This document shows positions 40,315-49,986 of a stretch of DNA of 64,000 nt, piece after piece. The DNA comes from an uncultured delta proteobacterium. GTDB taxonomy: Bacteria > Desulfobacterota > Binatia > Binatales > Binataceae. Made by a program: the position numbers and the translations under genes. Under the pieces are notes generated by a model. That model did not search any database and was not told the DNA's origin. It was given only the letters and a program-made list of their open reading frames with translations. The stretch covers positions 96,001-160,000 of the forward strand of contig CAVXXK010000003.1 in the NCBI GenBank assembly GCA_963765675.1, written 5' to 3'. Numbering within the stretch: position 1 is the stretch's first letter; the number at the start of each line of letters is the position of its first letter.

Positions 40315-41151
40315 ATGGATGAGAATTCGATAAAGCAGGAAGTGCGGGACTATTACGCGCGCGAGGCGCGCAAGGTGACCGGGGCAAAGCCGGGCTGCTG
40401 CGGGCCGTCTGAGAGCTCGGGGGCCTGCGCCGCGGGCAATCCGATAACCTCCGATCTCTACGAGCGCAGCGAGACGGCGCAGCTTCCGGCCGACGCGATC
40501 GCCGCGTCGCTCGGATGCGGCAATCCCACGGCGCTGGCCGAGCTGATGCCGGGCGAAATCGTGCTGGATCTCGGTTCGGGCGGCGGAATCGACGTGCTGC
40601 TGTCCGCGCGCCGGGTCGCGCCGGGCGGCAAGGCTTACGGGCTGGATATGACGGACGAGATGCTGGCGCTCGCGCGCGAGAATCAGCGCACAGCGGGCGT
40701 GACCAACGCCGAATTTCTGAAAGGTGAGATAGAGAGCATTCCGCTGCCGGATAACTCGGTTGATGTGATCATTTCCAATTGCGTGATCAATCTTTCCGCA
40801 GACAAGGATCGCGTTTTGGCCGAAGCATTGCGCGTGCTGAAACCCGGCGGACGTTTCGCGGTGTCGGATATCGTGGTGCGCGGCGCGATGCCTCCAGAGA
40901 TCAGACGCAAAGTGGAATTGTGGGCCGGATGTATCGCGGGAGCGCTCGAAGAGCCTGAATACGCGGCGAAACTCGCGCGCGCGGGATTCACGAGCGTGGA
41001 GATCGAGCCAACGCGGATTTACACGGCCGCGAATGCCGGCGGGCTGCTTGCGTCACTCGGCCCTGATGCCCGGAATATCGCCGCGCAAATCGACGGCAAG
41101 TTCGCAAGCGCCTTTATCCGCGCCCGCAAACCGATCACGGTCTCAAGATAG
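40315..41151 (+). CDS. arsM: Arsenite methyltransferase
   Basis: GCCG, ASLGCGNP, LDLGSGGGID, ISNCVINL, WAGCIAGAL. Confidence 0.93.
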   Translation: MDENSIKQEVRDYYAREARKVTGAKPGCCGPSESSGACAAGNPITSDLYERSETAQLPADAIAASLGCGNPTALAELMPGEIVLDLGSGGGIDVLLSARRVAPGGKAYGLDMTDEMLALARENQRTAGVTNAEFLKGEIESIPLPDNSVDVIISNCVINLSADKDRVLAEALRVLKPGGRFAVSDIVVRGAMPPEIRRKVELWAGCIAGALEEPEYAAKLARAGFTSVEIEPTRIYTAANAGGLLASLGPDARNIAAQIDGKFASAFIRARKPITVSR

Positions 41152-41198
41152 CCGGTGGGCGTCGGCGGTGAATTACGCAACGCTCGCGCCGTCCGCGG

Positions 41199-41873
41199 CT
41201 ACTGCATTGCGGAGGTTGGGATGAAGCCTTCGAGGCCGCTTCGCATGCGGATTTGGACGTAGCTTAGCGCGATTCCTACTACGTGCACGTCGTGGCCGGC
41301 GTGGACTTCGGACAGCTTCTTGCCCCAGCGGTTGGGCTTGTCGAGGACCGCGGCGTTGGCTGTCAGCTTGAAAATCTTATCGGTCGGCTTGACCAGATCG
41401 ACCGCCGACTGTTCGACGTATGCGGTCTTTCCAGACTTGAGCTTTACCTGCAGAAAGTAATGCGTCGATCCGGTCACGACTACGTACTTGCCCTGCTCGA
41501 CAGGTTCGACATGCGCGCTGGATTTCGCCGGCTCGCTGTACGCCCAGGTATTTTCGAGCAGCTTTGCGCGCGCGTTGCCCGGCTCGACGTCGCCCGGATT
41601 GAACTTGAAATGCGACGCCGCGGCTTTCTTGTGCGCGGGGGCGGTGGGCGGCGCCTCGGCCGGAGAGGCTGCGGACTCCCCCGCTGGCTCGGAGATCGAA
41701 GGAGCGGCGCTTGGCCCGGTGTTGGGCCCCGCGGGCACCACCGAAGTCTCAGGTTCACCGGAATCCGGCGGCGCGGCGACGGCCGTAGCCGCGAATTGGG
41801 CGGCGATTACGGCGGCAGCAACAATCGCGATCGCAATGGCAGGTATTCGAGCGATTCCGGTTTTCGTGTTCAT
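41199..41873 (-). CDS. Secreted protein with Pro/Ala linker and two SH3b-like domains
   Basis: Signal peptide; two repeats ending FLQVKLKSGKTAYV and YVQIRMRSGLEGFI. Confidence 0.7.
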   Translation of the reverse strand: MNTKTGIARIPAIAIAIVAAAVIAAQFAATAVAAPPDSGEPETSVVPAGPNTGPSAAPSISEPAGESAASPAEAPPTAPAHKKAAASHFKFNPGDVEPGNARAKLLENTWAYSEPAKSSAHVEPVEQGKYVVVTGSTHYFLQVKLKSGKTAYVEQSAVDLVKPTDKIFKLTANAAVLDKPNRWGKKLSEVHAGHDVHVVGIALSYVQIRMRSGLEGFIPTSAMQ

Positions 41874-41927
41874 CTGTCTCGTCCTCCACCCATCCTCTTC
41901 CACACTGCAGATAGTTTGTTCCGAGTC

Positions 41928-43700
41928 TCAGCAGGCGCCGCAGACGTCGCAGCGGGTGACGTCGCACGGCGGAGTCTGATGCTCGAAGTGCGCCTTCTTG
42001 CGCTCGGAGAGCAGGAACCACTTGTGAATGTGATGGTCGATAAAATCCCACGGCAGGATTTCGTCGTGGGTGAAATGGCGAGTCACATAGAAATCGGGAT
42101 TGGGGCTCTTGGTCCATTCGCCGTCGTCGGCCTCGCGGCGAATTTCCGCGAGCTCGCGCCAGATCGGTCCGGGCGCGTCGCATCCCGCCGCGTCGAGGCG
42201 TTCGAGGATCGCGCCAACACGGCGGTCGCCGCGCGAGACGAGAGTCTGGAAGTACGCTTCGCGCGGGGATTCGGAGTCGAGCTCGATCGTACCGAACTTT
42301 TCCGCACCGAGCTTTCCGAGCGCGCTTCGCAACAGCGCGATCTTGCGCTTGGTCGCGCGCGGATCCTCCATCGGATCCCACTGAAACGGCGTCCATGGCT
42401 TGGGGACGAAGGGATTGAGCGAGACCGTCACGCGGCCGACATGCTGGCGGCGCGCGCGCGCCTGCTCGAGGATTTTTCCGGTCAGATGCGCGATTCCCAG
42501 GACGTCATGATCCTGCTCCTCGGGCAGGCCGAGCATGAAATAGAGCTTCAGGTTCTCGACCCCCTCGCCCATCATCATCGCGGCGGCCTCGAGAATTTCC
42601 TTTTCGCTGAGATTCTTGTTGATCACTTTGCGCATCCGCTCGCTGCCGGCCTCGGGCGCGATCGTGACGCTGCGATTTCCGGCCTGCGAGAGCGCCGAGG
42701 CGAGTTTCGGCGAGATACAATCGGCCTTGAGCGAGGACGGCGATAGCCGCCCGCCCGCGTCGGCGACAGTCTGCGCGATTTCGGCGACGCCCGGCACCGA
42801 CGCCATCTCGGCTCCGACCAGCCCGATCACCCGGCGCTCGGTGAGTCCGCGCTTTGCCTCCGTGATGAGATTATCCGGCGACCTATAGCGGATTGGCCGG
42901 TACATGAAACCCGCGGCGCAGAAGCGGCATCCCCATTGGCATCCGCGGCTCGCCTCGACCAGATACATGTCGCCGAACACGGACTCTTCGGTGAGAATCA
43001 GAGACGCGGTGGTGAACTGATTGAGGTTATTTACGAGCCTGCGCTGGACCGCGGGCTTGCCTGGTCCGGTGTAGTTAACCGCCGAAAGGCATCCGCGTTC
43101 GTCGTAAACCGGACGATAGTAATCAGGGCGGTACGCGCCCTCGACTTGTGCGAGATCGTCGAGGCGCGCGGGGTTTTCACGCGAGGCGAGGAAGCACTGG
43201 ATAAACTCGGGCACCATCTGCTCGCCCTCGCCGATCAGAAACAGATCGACGAAATCGGCGATCGGCTCGGGATTAAGAAAGATCGCGGAGCCGCCGGCGA
43301 TCACGAGGGGAAAGTTGCGGCCCGCACGATCGGCGCGGCGTGTCGGAATGCCCGCCGAGCGCAAAATCGCGAGCAGGTTCAGATAATCGGTTTCAAACGG
43401 GATCGAAAACGCCAGGATATCAAAATCAGACAGCGGACGGCCGCGCTCGAACGAGAGAATTCGCGCGGCGCCCGACGCGATCGCGGGACGCTCGTCGGGG
43501 TCGGGCAGGAAGCCGCGCTCGGCGTCGACGGAAGGATTCGAATCGAAGATATGAAAGACGGCCTGGAAGCCGAGATTAGCCATCGCGACCGGATAGACGT
43601 TCGGGTAAACCACGCACACCGAAACCTCTCCGCCCGGATGGCGCTGGTAGAGCGTCTTTTCCCGGGCGAGGCGATCGAGCGCGCGCTTACGCGCAAACAT
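41928..43700 (-). CDS. Radical SAM protein (TIGR03960-like)
   Basis: YPNVY...MANLG, EASRGCQWGCRFC, APEAGSERMR..INK, LKLYFMLGLP, FVPKPWTPFQW, LPWD, C-terminal CDVTRCDVCGAC. Confidence 0.88.
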   Translation of the reverse strand: MFARKRALDRLAREKTLYQRHPGGEVSVCVVYPNVYPVAMANLGFQAVFHIFDSNPSVDAERGFLPDPDERPAIASGAARILSFERGRPLSDFDILAFSIPFETDYLNLLAILRSAGIPTRRADRAGRNFPLVIAGGSAIFLNPEPIADFVDLFLIGEGEQMVPEFIQCFLASRENPARLDDLAQVEGAYRPDYYRPVYDERGCLSAVNYTGPGKPAVQRRLVNNLNQFTTASLILTEESVFGDMYLVEASRGCQWGCRFCAAGFMYRPIRYRSPDNLITEAKRGLTERRVIGLVGAEMASVPGVAEIAQTVADAGGRLSPSSLKADCISPKLASALSQAGNRSVTIAPEAGSERMRKVINKNLSEKEILEAAAMMMGEGVENLKLYFMLGLPEEQDHDVLGIAHLTGKILEQARARRQHVGRVTVSLNPFVPKPWTPFQWDPMEDPRATKRKIALLRSALGKLGAEKFGTIELDSESPREAYFQTLVSRGDRRVGAILERLDAAGCDAPGPIWRELAEIRREADDGEWTKSPNPDFYVTRHFTHDEILPWDFIDHHIHKWFLLSERKKAHFEHQTPPCDVTRCDVCGAC

Positions 43701-43782
43701 CGGGCGGCACCTGCATGACCAATCAGCTTAAGCACCGGCACGAGCGCCGCTCAAGGGGCGGACTCTGCGGATTATTTAGAGG

Positions 43783-44187
43783 TTACGGAACGATATCGAA
43801 GCGGCCGAGGCGGTAGGGGCGATAGATCTCGAAATCGCGGCGATCGACGGTGAAGATGCGCCGGATACGCTCGCGCTCGGCGACGCGGACGAGCGCGGCG
43901 TCGGCGAGGTCCATCGGGAGGTCGCGATACTTGCGCATAAGCTCGCGTATTCGAGGTACGTCATCGGCGGTCAGTGGTGACATACCGACGCGGTCACTTT
44001 CGAGCCAGCCCAATAGTGTTTCGCAAGCGGTAATCGACTTCCTCAGCAAGTACATGGCTTCGGTAATCACCGGCCATACGGTTATGAGGCGGTCGTTGAT
44101 GAGCACGGCCGCGTCGCGGCATTTGCTATGCCATGGATCACTTCGGTCGACTAGTGCGACGAGCGGTCCGGTGTCGACGAGAATCAC
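43783..44187 (-). CDS. vapC: PIN-domain toxin VapC
   Basis: ILVDTGPLVA, ITEA, MDLADA, FTVD.RDF. Confidence 0.9.
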   Translation of the reverse strand: MILVDTGPLVALVDRSDPWHSKCRDAAVLINDRLITVWPVITEAMYLLRKSITACETLLGWLESDRVGMSPLTADDVPRIRELMRKYRDLPMDLADAALVRVAERERIRRIFTVDRRDFEIYRPYRLGRFDIVP

Positions 44188-44446
44188 GGCGTTTTCGATC
44201 CTCCACCAGCATCTTGTAGAAGGTGTCGCCGGTTCGCTCGGAGAGATTCATTCCGCCGCTGTCCCAGCATCCGATTCCGTCTTTGAGCAGATCGTAGGCG
44301 CTGAGTTTAGATTTTCCGCCGGCACGAGCATGCGCGCCGCGCACCAGCTCTCGAACTGTCTCGGACTTGCTCGAGCCGTTCTGGCGCGCGAGACGCGCGA
44401 CGAGCGCGTCGTCTTCCGCGCTCAGCCTGACAGTTAAGGTACCCAC
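44138..44446 (-). CDS. vapB: RHH/CopG antitoxin VapB
   Basis: GTG start after SD aggag; TLTVRL...SKSETVRE RHH; overlaps the vapC start. Confidence 0.8.
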   Translation of the reverse strand: MGTLTVRLSAEDDALVARLARQNGSSKSETVRELVRGAHARAGGKSKLSAYDLLKDGIGCWDSGGMNLSERTGDTFYKMLVEDRKRRDSRRHRTARRTSRPK

Positions 44447-44458
44447 TGCGATATCTCC

Positions 44459-44478
44459 TGTAATACGCAGTGTAATAC
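44459..44478 (-). promoter_or_regulatory. Probable vapBC autoregulatory operator
   Basis: Two tgtaatac copies 12 bp apart just upstream of the vapB SD. Confidence 0.55.
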
Positions 44479-44502
44479 AAAACCGAAGCAGAAGCCAGCC
44501 AT

Positions 44503-45330
44503 TCAGGCGACAATCCGCTCGGGATGGGTGTAGATGTTGAAGCTGCCGTCGCGGAGGAAGCCGATTACGGTGGTGCCGGCTTCTTGCGCGAGCTCGACCG
44601 CCAGCGACGACGGCGCGGAGACCGCGGCGAGAATCGGGACGCCGGCGGCGGCGGCCTTCTGCACCAGCTCGAATGAGAGCCGCCCGCTCACCATCAGTAT
44701 ATTGCCGCTCAGCGGGACCATTCCGGACGCGAGCGCCCATCCGACGATCTTGTCCACCGCATTGTGGCGGCCCACGTCTTCCCGCAGCGCCGCGATCTTT
44801 CCCGAGAGATCGAATAGCGCGGCGGCGTGGAGGCCGCCGGTGGCGGCGAAGATTTTCTGCTCGGAGCGCATCGCGGCCGCGAGGCTCAAGATCGTCTCAG
44901 GATTCACTCGGACCTCGCCTTCGGGAGGGGTGATTCGGCGTGTTATCGACTCGATACTGGTCTTGCCGCAGATTCCGCAACTCGAGCTGATCGCGAAGTT
45001 GCGTTTCAGACGATCGCGCAGCGCCACGGCAGGAACCTCGAGCACCACGTCTAATATGTTGGGTTCGGGTTTGCCGTCAGGTCCGCGGACGCGGCGAATC
45101 TCGCCGAGCTCGTGCGCGCAGGCGACGAAGCCTTCGGCGAAAAGAAATCCTGCGACCAGCTCGTCGTCATTGCCGGGCGTGCGCATCGTGAGCGTGAAGC
45201 GGCGGCCCGCCAAACGAATTTCGAGCGGCTCTTCCGCGGCCAGGCATTCCTCGCTCTGGGCCGCGCGTCCGCCGGACCACTTGAGCGCATGCACGCGCGC
45301 GGTGCGGCTGTCATCGATGTGGTTTTTCAC
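44503..45330 (-). CDS. fdhD: Formate dehydrogenase accessory sulfurtransferase (start uncertain)
   Basis: EEPLEI, TMRTPG, SSCGICG, TGGLHAAA, EDVGRHNAVDK, SGRLSFEL.QK, AVSAPSSLA. Confidence 0.92.
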   Translation of the reverse strand: MKNHIDDSRTARVHALKWSGGRAAQSEECLAAEEPLEIRLAGRRFTLTMRTPGNDDELVAGFLFAEGFVACAHELGEIRRVRGPDGKPEPNILDVVLEVPAVALRDRLKRNFAISSSCGICGKTSIESITRRITPPEGEVRVNPETILSLAAAMRSEQKIFAATGGLHAAALFDLSGKIAALREDVGRHNAVDKIVGWALASGMVPLSGNILMVSGRLSFELVQKAAAAGVPILAAVSAPSSLAVELAQEAGTTVIGFLRDGSFNIYTHPERIVA

Positions 45331-45574
45331 CACCGGTATCCGCCGCACCATGCGAAGGCTCTTGGCGCGCGAGCGCCGTAATGGCATCACGCGCGATGTC
45401 ACTTAACCCGGTTCCATCTGCCGCCAGGTACTCGATAATCTGCCGGCGCATCACCGGCGCCCAGCGGGTGCGCAGATGGTGAGCGACGTCCGCGACCGCT
45501 CGCGCGCGATCGGGGTACGCCTCGAAGAATGCCCCGATGTCGTTCGCCATTCTGACCAGACGCCGGATGTCCAC
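45311..45574 (-). CDS. fdsD: NAD-dependent formate dehydrogenase delta subunit
   Basis: LVRMANDIGAFF...VAHHLR..WAP.MR. Confidence 0.88.
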   Translation of the reverse strand: MDIRRLVRMANDIGAFFEAYPDRARAVADVAHHLRTRWAPVMRRQIIEYLAADGTGLSDIARDAITALARQEPSHGAADTGGEKPHR

Positions 45575-45579
45575 GATTC

Positions 45580-48393
45580 CTACTCGGCGGCGTTCGACGG
45601 ATTTGGTTCGCGCTCGTAGTCCTCGAGCCGGGCTACGGGCAGAACTTCAACCGCGGTTACCTTGTACTCCGGGCAACCTGTGGCCCAATCCTGGAGTTCG
45701 GTGGTGAGCAGATTCGTCTGGGACTCCGGATGATGAAACGTCGTGTATACAACTCCGGGCTGCATTCGCTCGGACAATTGCGCGCGAAGCCGGGTCACCC
45801 CCTTGCGCGAGCGCACGTTGACCCACGCGCCCTCGCGGATTCCGCGCTGCGCGGCGTCATGCGGATGAATTTCGAGCAGGTCCTCGGCGTGGAGAGAAGC
45901 GTTCTCGGTGCGGCGGGTCTGAGAGCCGACGTTGTATTGGGTGAGGATGCGGCCGGTCGTCAGGATCAGCGGAAAGCGCGCCGAGGTGCGCTCTTGGGTG
46001 GGGATGTACGCTGTCACGGTGAACTTGCCGAGACCGCGCACGAAGCGGCCGACGTGCATGGTCGGAGTGCCTTCGGGCGCGGCGTCGTTGCACGGCCATT
46101 GCACGCCGCCCAGGCGTTCGAGCTTCTCGTAGCTGACGCCGGAAAAAGTCGGAGTAAGCCGCGCGATCTCGTCCATGATTTCCGACGGATGCGAATACTC
46201 CATCGGATAGCCGAGCGCGGCCGAGAGCAGGCAGGTGACCTGCCAGTCCTGGTAGCCGGCCAGCGGCTCCATCACCTTGCGCACGCGCGAGACTCGGCGC
46301 TCGCTGTTGGTGAAGGTGCCGTCCTTTTCGAGGAATGACGATCCGGGCAGGATCACGTGCGCGTACTTCGAAGTCTCGTTCAGGAAGATGTCTTGCAGTA
46401 CCACGCACTCCATCTCTTTGAGCGCTTTGATCACATGCGCCGAGTCGGGCTCGGATTGGACCGGATCCTCGCCCTGGACATAGAGGCCCTTAAAACTGCC
46501 GTCGAGCGCGGCGTCCATCATGTTTGGAATTCTGAACCCGGGTTCGGAGTCGATGGTCACTCCCCAATCGCGCTCGAACATTCCGCGTACAACATCGTCG
46601 TCGATATCGCGATAACCCGGCAGCTCGCGCGGAAACGATCCCATATCGCACGAGCCCTGCACGTTGTTCTGGCCGCGAAGCGGATTGACGCCGACGCCGG
46701 GCCGCCCGATATTTCCGGTGGCCATCGCAAGGTTGGCCAATCCCAGCACCATCGTGGTTCCCTGGCTGTGCTCGGTCACGCCGAGACCGTAATAGATCGC
46801 GGCATTCGGGACCGACGCATACAGGCGCGCCGCGGCGCGCAACTCGGCGGCGGGGACGCCGGTTATCGGCTCGACCGCCTCGGGCGAGTTGCGCGGCTCG
46901 AGGATAAACTTGCGCCAGATTTCGAATTCCTTCTGATCGCATCGCTTCGCGACGAAATCCAAATCGGCCAGGCCTTCGGCCATCACGGTCTGCGCCATCG
47001 CATTGATCAGCGCGACGTTGGCGCCGGGCCTGATCTTCAGATGATACGACGCGGCGACGTGCGGAAGTTTGACGATCTCGGTCTGGCGCGGATCGATCAC
47101 GATCAGCTTGGCGCCCTCGCGAATCCGCCGTTTGAGCGCGGAGCCGAAGACCGGGTGGCCCTCGGTGGGATTGGCGCCGATAATCATGATCACGTCGGCT
47201 TTGCGGACCGAATCGAAATCCTGGGTGGTGGCGCTCGTGCCGAATGCGGTCTTGAGGCCGTAGCCGGTCGGCGAGTGGCAGACGCGCGCGCAGGTATCGA
47301 CGTTGTTGTTGCCGAAGGCGGCGCGCACCATCTTCTGCACCAGGTAGGTTTCTTCGTTGGTGCATCGCGAGGACGTGATCCCGCCGATAGATTCCCGTCC
47401 GTAGCGGCTCTGGATTCGCCGCAGCTCGCGGGCCGCATACGCGATCGCTTCGTCCCATGAGACCTCACGCCACGGGTCTTCGATTCGCGCGCGAATCATC
47501 GGGCGCTTGACGCGATCCGGATGGGTCGCGTAGCCCCACGCGAAGCGCCCCTTGACGCAGGCGTGGCCGTGATTGGAAGCGCCGTTTAGATTCGGCACCA
47601 TCCGCACGACCGACTCGCCCTTCATCTCCGCCTTGAAGGAGCATCCGACGCCGCAGTATCCGCAGGTGGTGACGACGCTGCGCTCGGCCTGGCCCATCGC
47701 GATAACCGAGTTCTCGGTCAGTGCCGCGGTCGGACATGACTGCACGCACGCGCCGCACGACACGCATTCTGACGCGCCGAACGGCTCGTTTTCGCTGGCC
47801 ACGACGACGGACCCGAAACCGCGGCCGTCGATCGTCAGCGCAAAGGTGCCCTGCACTTCCTCGCACGCGCGAACGCATCGCGAGCACACGATGCATCGCG
47901 AGGGATCAAACGTGAAGAACGCGTCTGACTGATCCTTCGGAGCGTCCAGATGATTTTCGCCCTGGTAGCCGTAGCGGACTTCGCGCAATCCGACGACGCC
48001 CGCCATCTCCTGCAACTCGCAGTTGCCGTTGGCCGGACAGGTCAGGCAATCGAGCGGATGGTCGGAGATGTACAGCTCCATCACGCCGCGCCTAAGCTTG
48101 GCGAGCGCTTCGGTTTCGGTCCGAATCGACATCGCCTCGCGCACCGGCGTCGTGCACGAGGCAGGGTAGCCGCGCATCCCGTCAATCTCGACCAGGCACA
48201 ACCGACACGAGCCGAAAGCCTCGAGCGAATCGGTCGCGCAGAGCTTGGGAATCTTCTGGCCCGCGAGCGCGGCCGCGCGCATCACGCTGGTGCCGGCGGG
48301 AACAGTGATCGGCATGCCGTCGATCGTCACCGTCACAGCAGGCGATCCCGCGCGGGGAGGCGTTCCGAGATCAGTGTCGCTGCGCGATCGCAT
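45580..48393 (-). CDS. fdsA: NAD-dependent formate dehydrogenase alpha subunit (Mo, Cys ligand)
   Basis: IPKLCA...GSCRLC, HPLDCLTC, CIVCSRC, CVSCGAC, CGYCGVGC, DTCARVCHSP, LRGQNNVQG. Confidence 0.95.
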   Translation of the reverse strand: MRSRSDTDLGTPPRAGSPAVTVTIDGMPITVPAGTSVMRAAALAGQKIPKLCATDSLEAFGSCRLCLVEIDGMRGYPASCTTPVREAMSIRTETEALAKLRRGVMELYISDHPLDCLTCPANGNCELQEMAGVVGLREVRYGYQGENHLDAPKDQSDAFFTFDPSRCIVCSRCVRACEEVQGTFALTIDGRGFGSVVVASENEPFGASECVSCGACVQSCPTAALTENSVIAMGQAERSVVTTCGYCGVGCSFKAEMKGESVVRMVPNLNGASNHGHACVKGRFAWGYATHPDRVKRPMIRARIEDPWREVSWDEAIAYAARELRRIQSRYGRESIGGITSSRCTNEETYLVQKMVRAAFGNNNVDTCARVCHSPTGYGLKTAFGTSATTQDFDSVRKADVIMIIGANPTEGHPVFGSALKRRIREGAKLIVIDPRQTEIVKLPHVAASYHLKIRPGANVALINAMAQTVMAEGLADLDFVAKRCDQKEFEIWRKFILEPRNSPEAVEPITGVPAAELRAAARLYASVPNAAIYYGLGVTEHSQGTTMVLGLANLAMATGNIGRPGVGVNPLRGQNNVQGSCDMGSFPRELPGYRDIDDDVVRGMFERDWGVTIDSEPGFRIPNMMDAALDGSFKGLYVQGEDPVQSEPDSAHVIKALKEMECVVLQDIFLNETSKYAHVILPGSSFLEKDGTFTNSERRVSRVRKVMEPLAGYQDWQVTCLLSAALGYPMEYSHPSEIMDEIARLTPTFSGVSYEKLERLGGVQWPCNDAAPEGTPTMHVGRFVRGLGKFTVTAYIPTQERTSARFPLILTTGRILTQYNVGSQTRRTENASLHAEDLLEIHPHDAAQRGIREGAWVNVRSRKGVTRLRAQLSERMQPGVVYTTFHHPESQTNLLTTELQDWATGCPEYKVTAVEVLPVARLEDYEREPNPSNAAE

Positions 48394-48425
48394 CGCGTTT
48401 CAACCTTCTTGTGATCCTGCGATCT

Positions 48426-49986
48426 TCATTTTAAGTCCGCGACCTCATCCGGGCTGAAACCAAAGTCTCCCGGGAAGTGGCGCACGGCGCTGAGCACCGG
48501 CAGCGGCGCGAGGCCTCCGAGCGCGCACAACGACCCGTTAGTCATCGTATCGCAAAGATCGCGCAGCAGCATCAGGTTCGCGCGCGCGTCGCGGCGGGCG
48601 ATAATCTTATCGATCACCTCGACCCCGCGGACCGATCCGATCCGGCAGGGAGTGCATTTGCCGCAGGATTCGAGCGCACAGAACTCCATCGCGAACCGCG
48701 CCATCCGGGCCATATCGACGGTGTCGTCAAAAACCACGATACCGCCGTGCCCGAGAATTCCACCCGCGCGCTGCATCGTCTCGTAATCGAGCGGCATGTC
48801 GAGCGCGGAAGCAGAAAGATAAGCGCCGAGCGGTCCGCCAATCTGGATCGCGCGAATCGGCCTGCCGCTGGCTGTTCCCTCGCCTATCCCGACGACGAGC
48901 TCGCGCAGCGTCGCGCCAAGCGGCAACTCGACCAGACCCGGACGCTTCACATTACCCGCGAGTTGGAACGGCAACGTGCCTGGCGACGACGCGGTTCCGA
49001 GCGCGCGATAAAAATCCGCGCCGCGTTCGATAATCGCCGGCACGCTCGCGAGCGTCACGACGTTATGCACTAGCGTGGGCTTGCCGAAGAGTCCGCTGAT
49101 CGCGGGGACGGGAGGCTTTTGCCGCACCATTCCGCGCCGCCCTTCGATACTTTCGAGCATCGCGGTCTCCTCGCCACAGACGTAAGAGCCCGCACCGACG
49201 CGAACTTCGAGATCGAAATCATGGCCGCGCACCCAAAGCGCCGCGACCCAGGAATCCGCGCGCACGCGCCGCCGCGATCGCGGCGTTCACGGTACGGCAG
49301 GCGTCAGGATATTCAGAGCGGATGTAGATATAGCCATACGAGGCGCCGGTCGCCGCCGCGGAAATCGCCATCGCCTCGATAAGCGCGAACGGGTCTCCTT
49401 CGAGGATCATGCGATCGGCGAAGGTTCCGGAGTCGCCTTCGTCGGCGTTGCAGACGATATATTTGCGATCCGCCGTCGCGCCTCGCGCAGTCTCCCACTT
49501 GATCCCGGCGGGAAAACCGGCGCCGCCACGGCCGCGCAATCCGGAGGCTTTGATCGCTTCGACGATCCGCGCGGGACCCATCTCGAGCGCGTGAGCAAGC
49601 GCGCGGAAGCCGCCGTGAGCGAGGTAATCGTCGATTGAGGACGGATCGATAATCCCGGCGCGCGCAAAGGTGAGCCGGTTCTGCCCCGCGAGAAATGGGA
49701 TCTGATCCGCGAGTCCAAGGCGCAGGCGATGCGCTCCGCCTTCGAGGATTCCTGCGTCGAACAGCTCGGGTACGTCGGCGGCGGTGACTGGGCCATACGC
49801 GATTCGCCCGGCGGGAGTTGCCGCTTCGACCATCGGCTCGAACGCGTACGCGCCGCGCGACCCGTTGCGGACGATCGTAATCGCCAGAGCGCGGCGCTCG
49901 GCTTCTTGCGCGATTGCGCGCGCGACCGCCTCCGCGCCAACGGAAATCGCGCCGGAATCGCACGGGACAAAAATCTTTACGCTCAC
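48426..49986 (-). pseudogene. fdsB: Formate dehydrogenase beta subunit (NuoF-like), frameshifted near 49226
   Basis: N-part (GLRGRGGAGFP, CNADEGDSGTF, YIRSEYP) ends GALGARP*; C-part resumes GHDFDLEVRVGAGSYVCGEET...ESCGKCTPCR in another frame. Confidence 0.88.

Noticed and set aside
44138-44187. 50-bp vapB/vapC overlap as another frameshift
   Set aside because: Overlaps of this kind are common in vapBC pairs and both proteins look complete
45580-49986. Selenocysteine readthrough in formate dehydrogenase
   Set aside because: FdsA has Cys (CARVCH); the fdsB TGA is followed by a frame change, not an in-frame continuation
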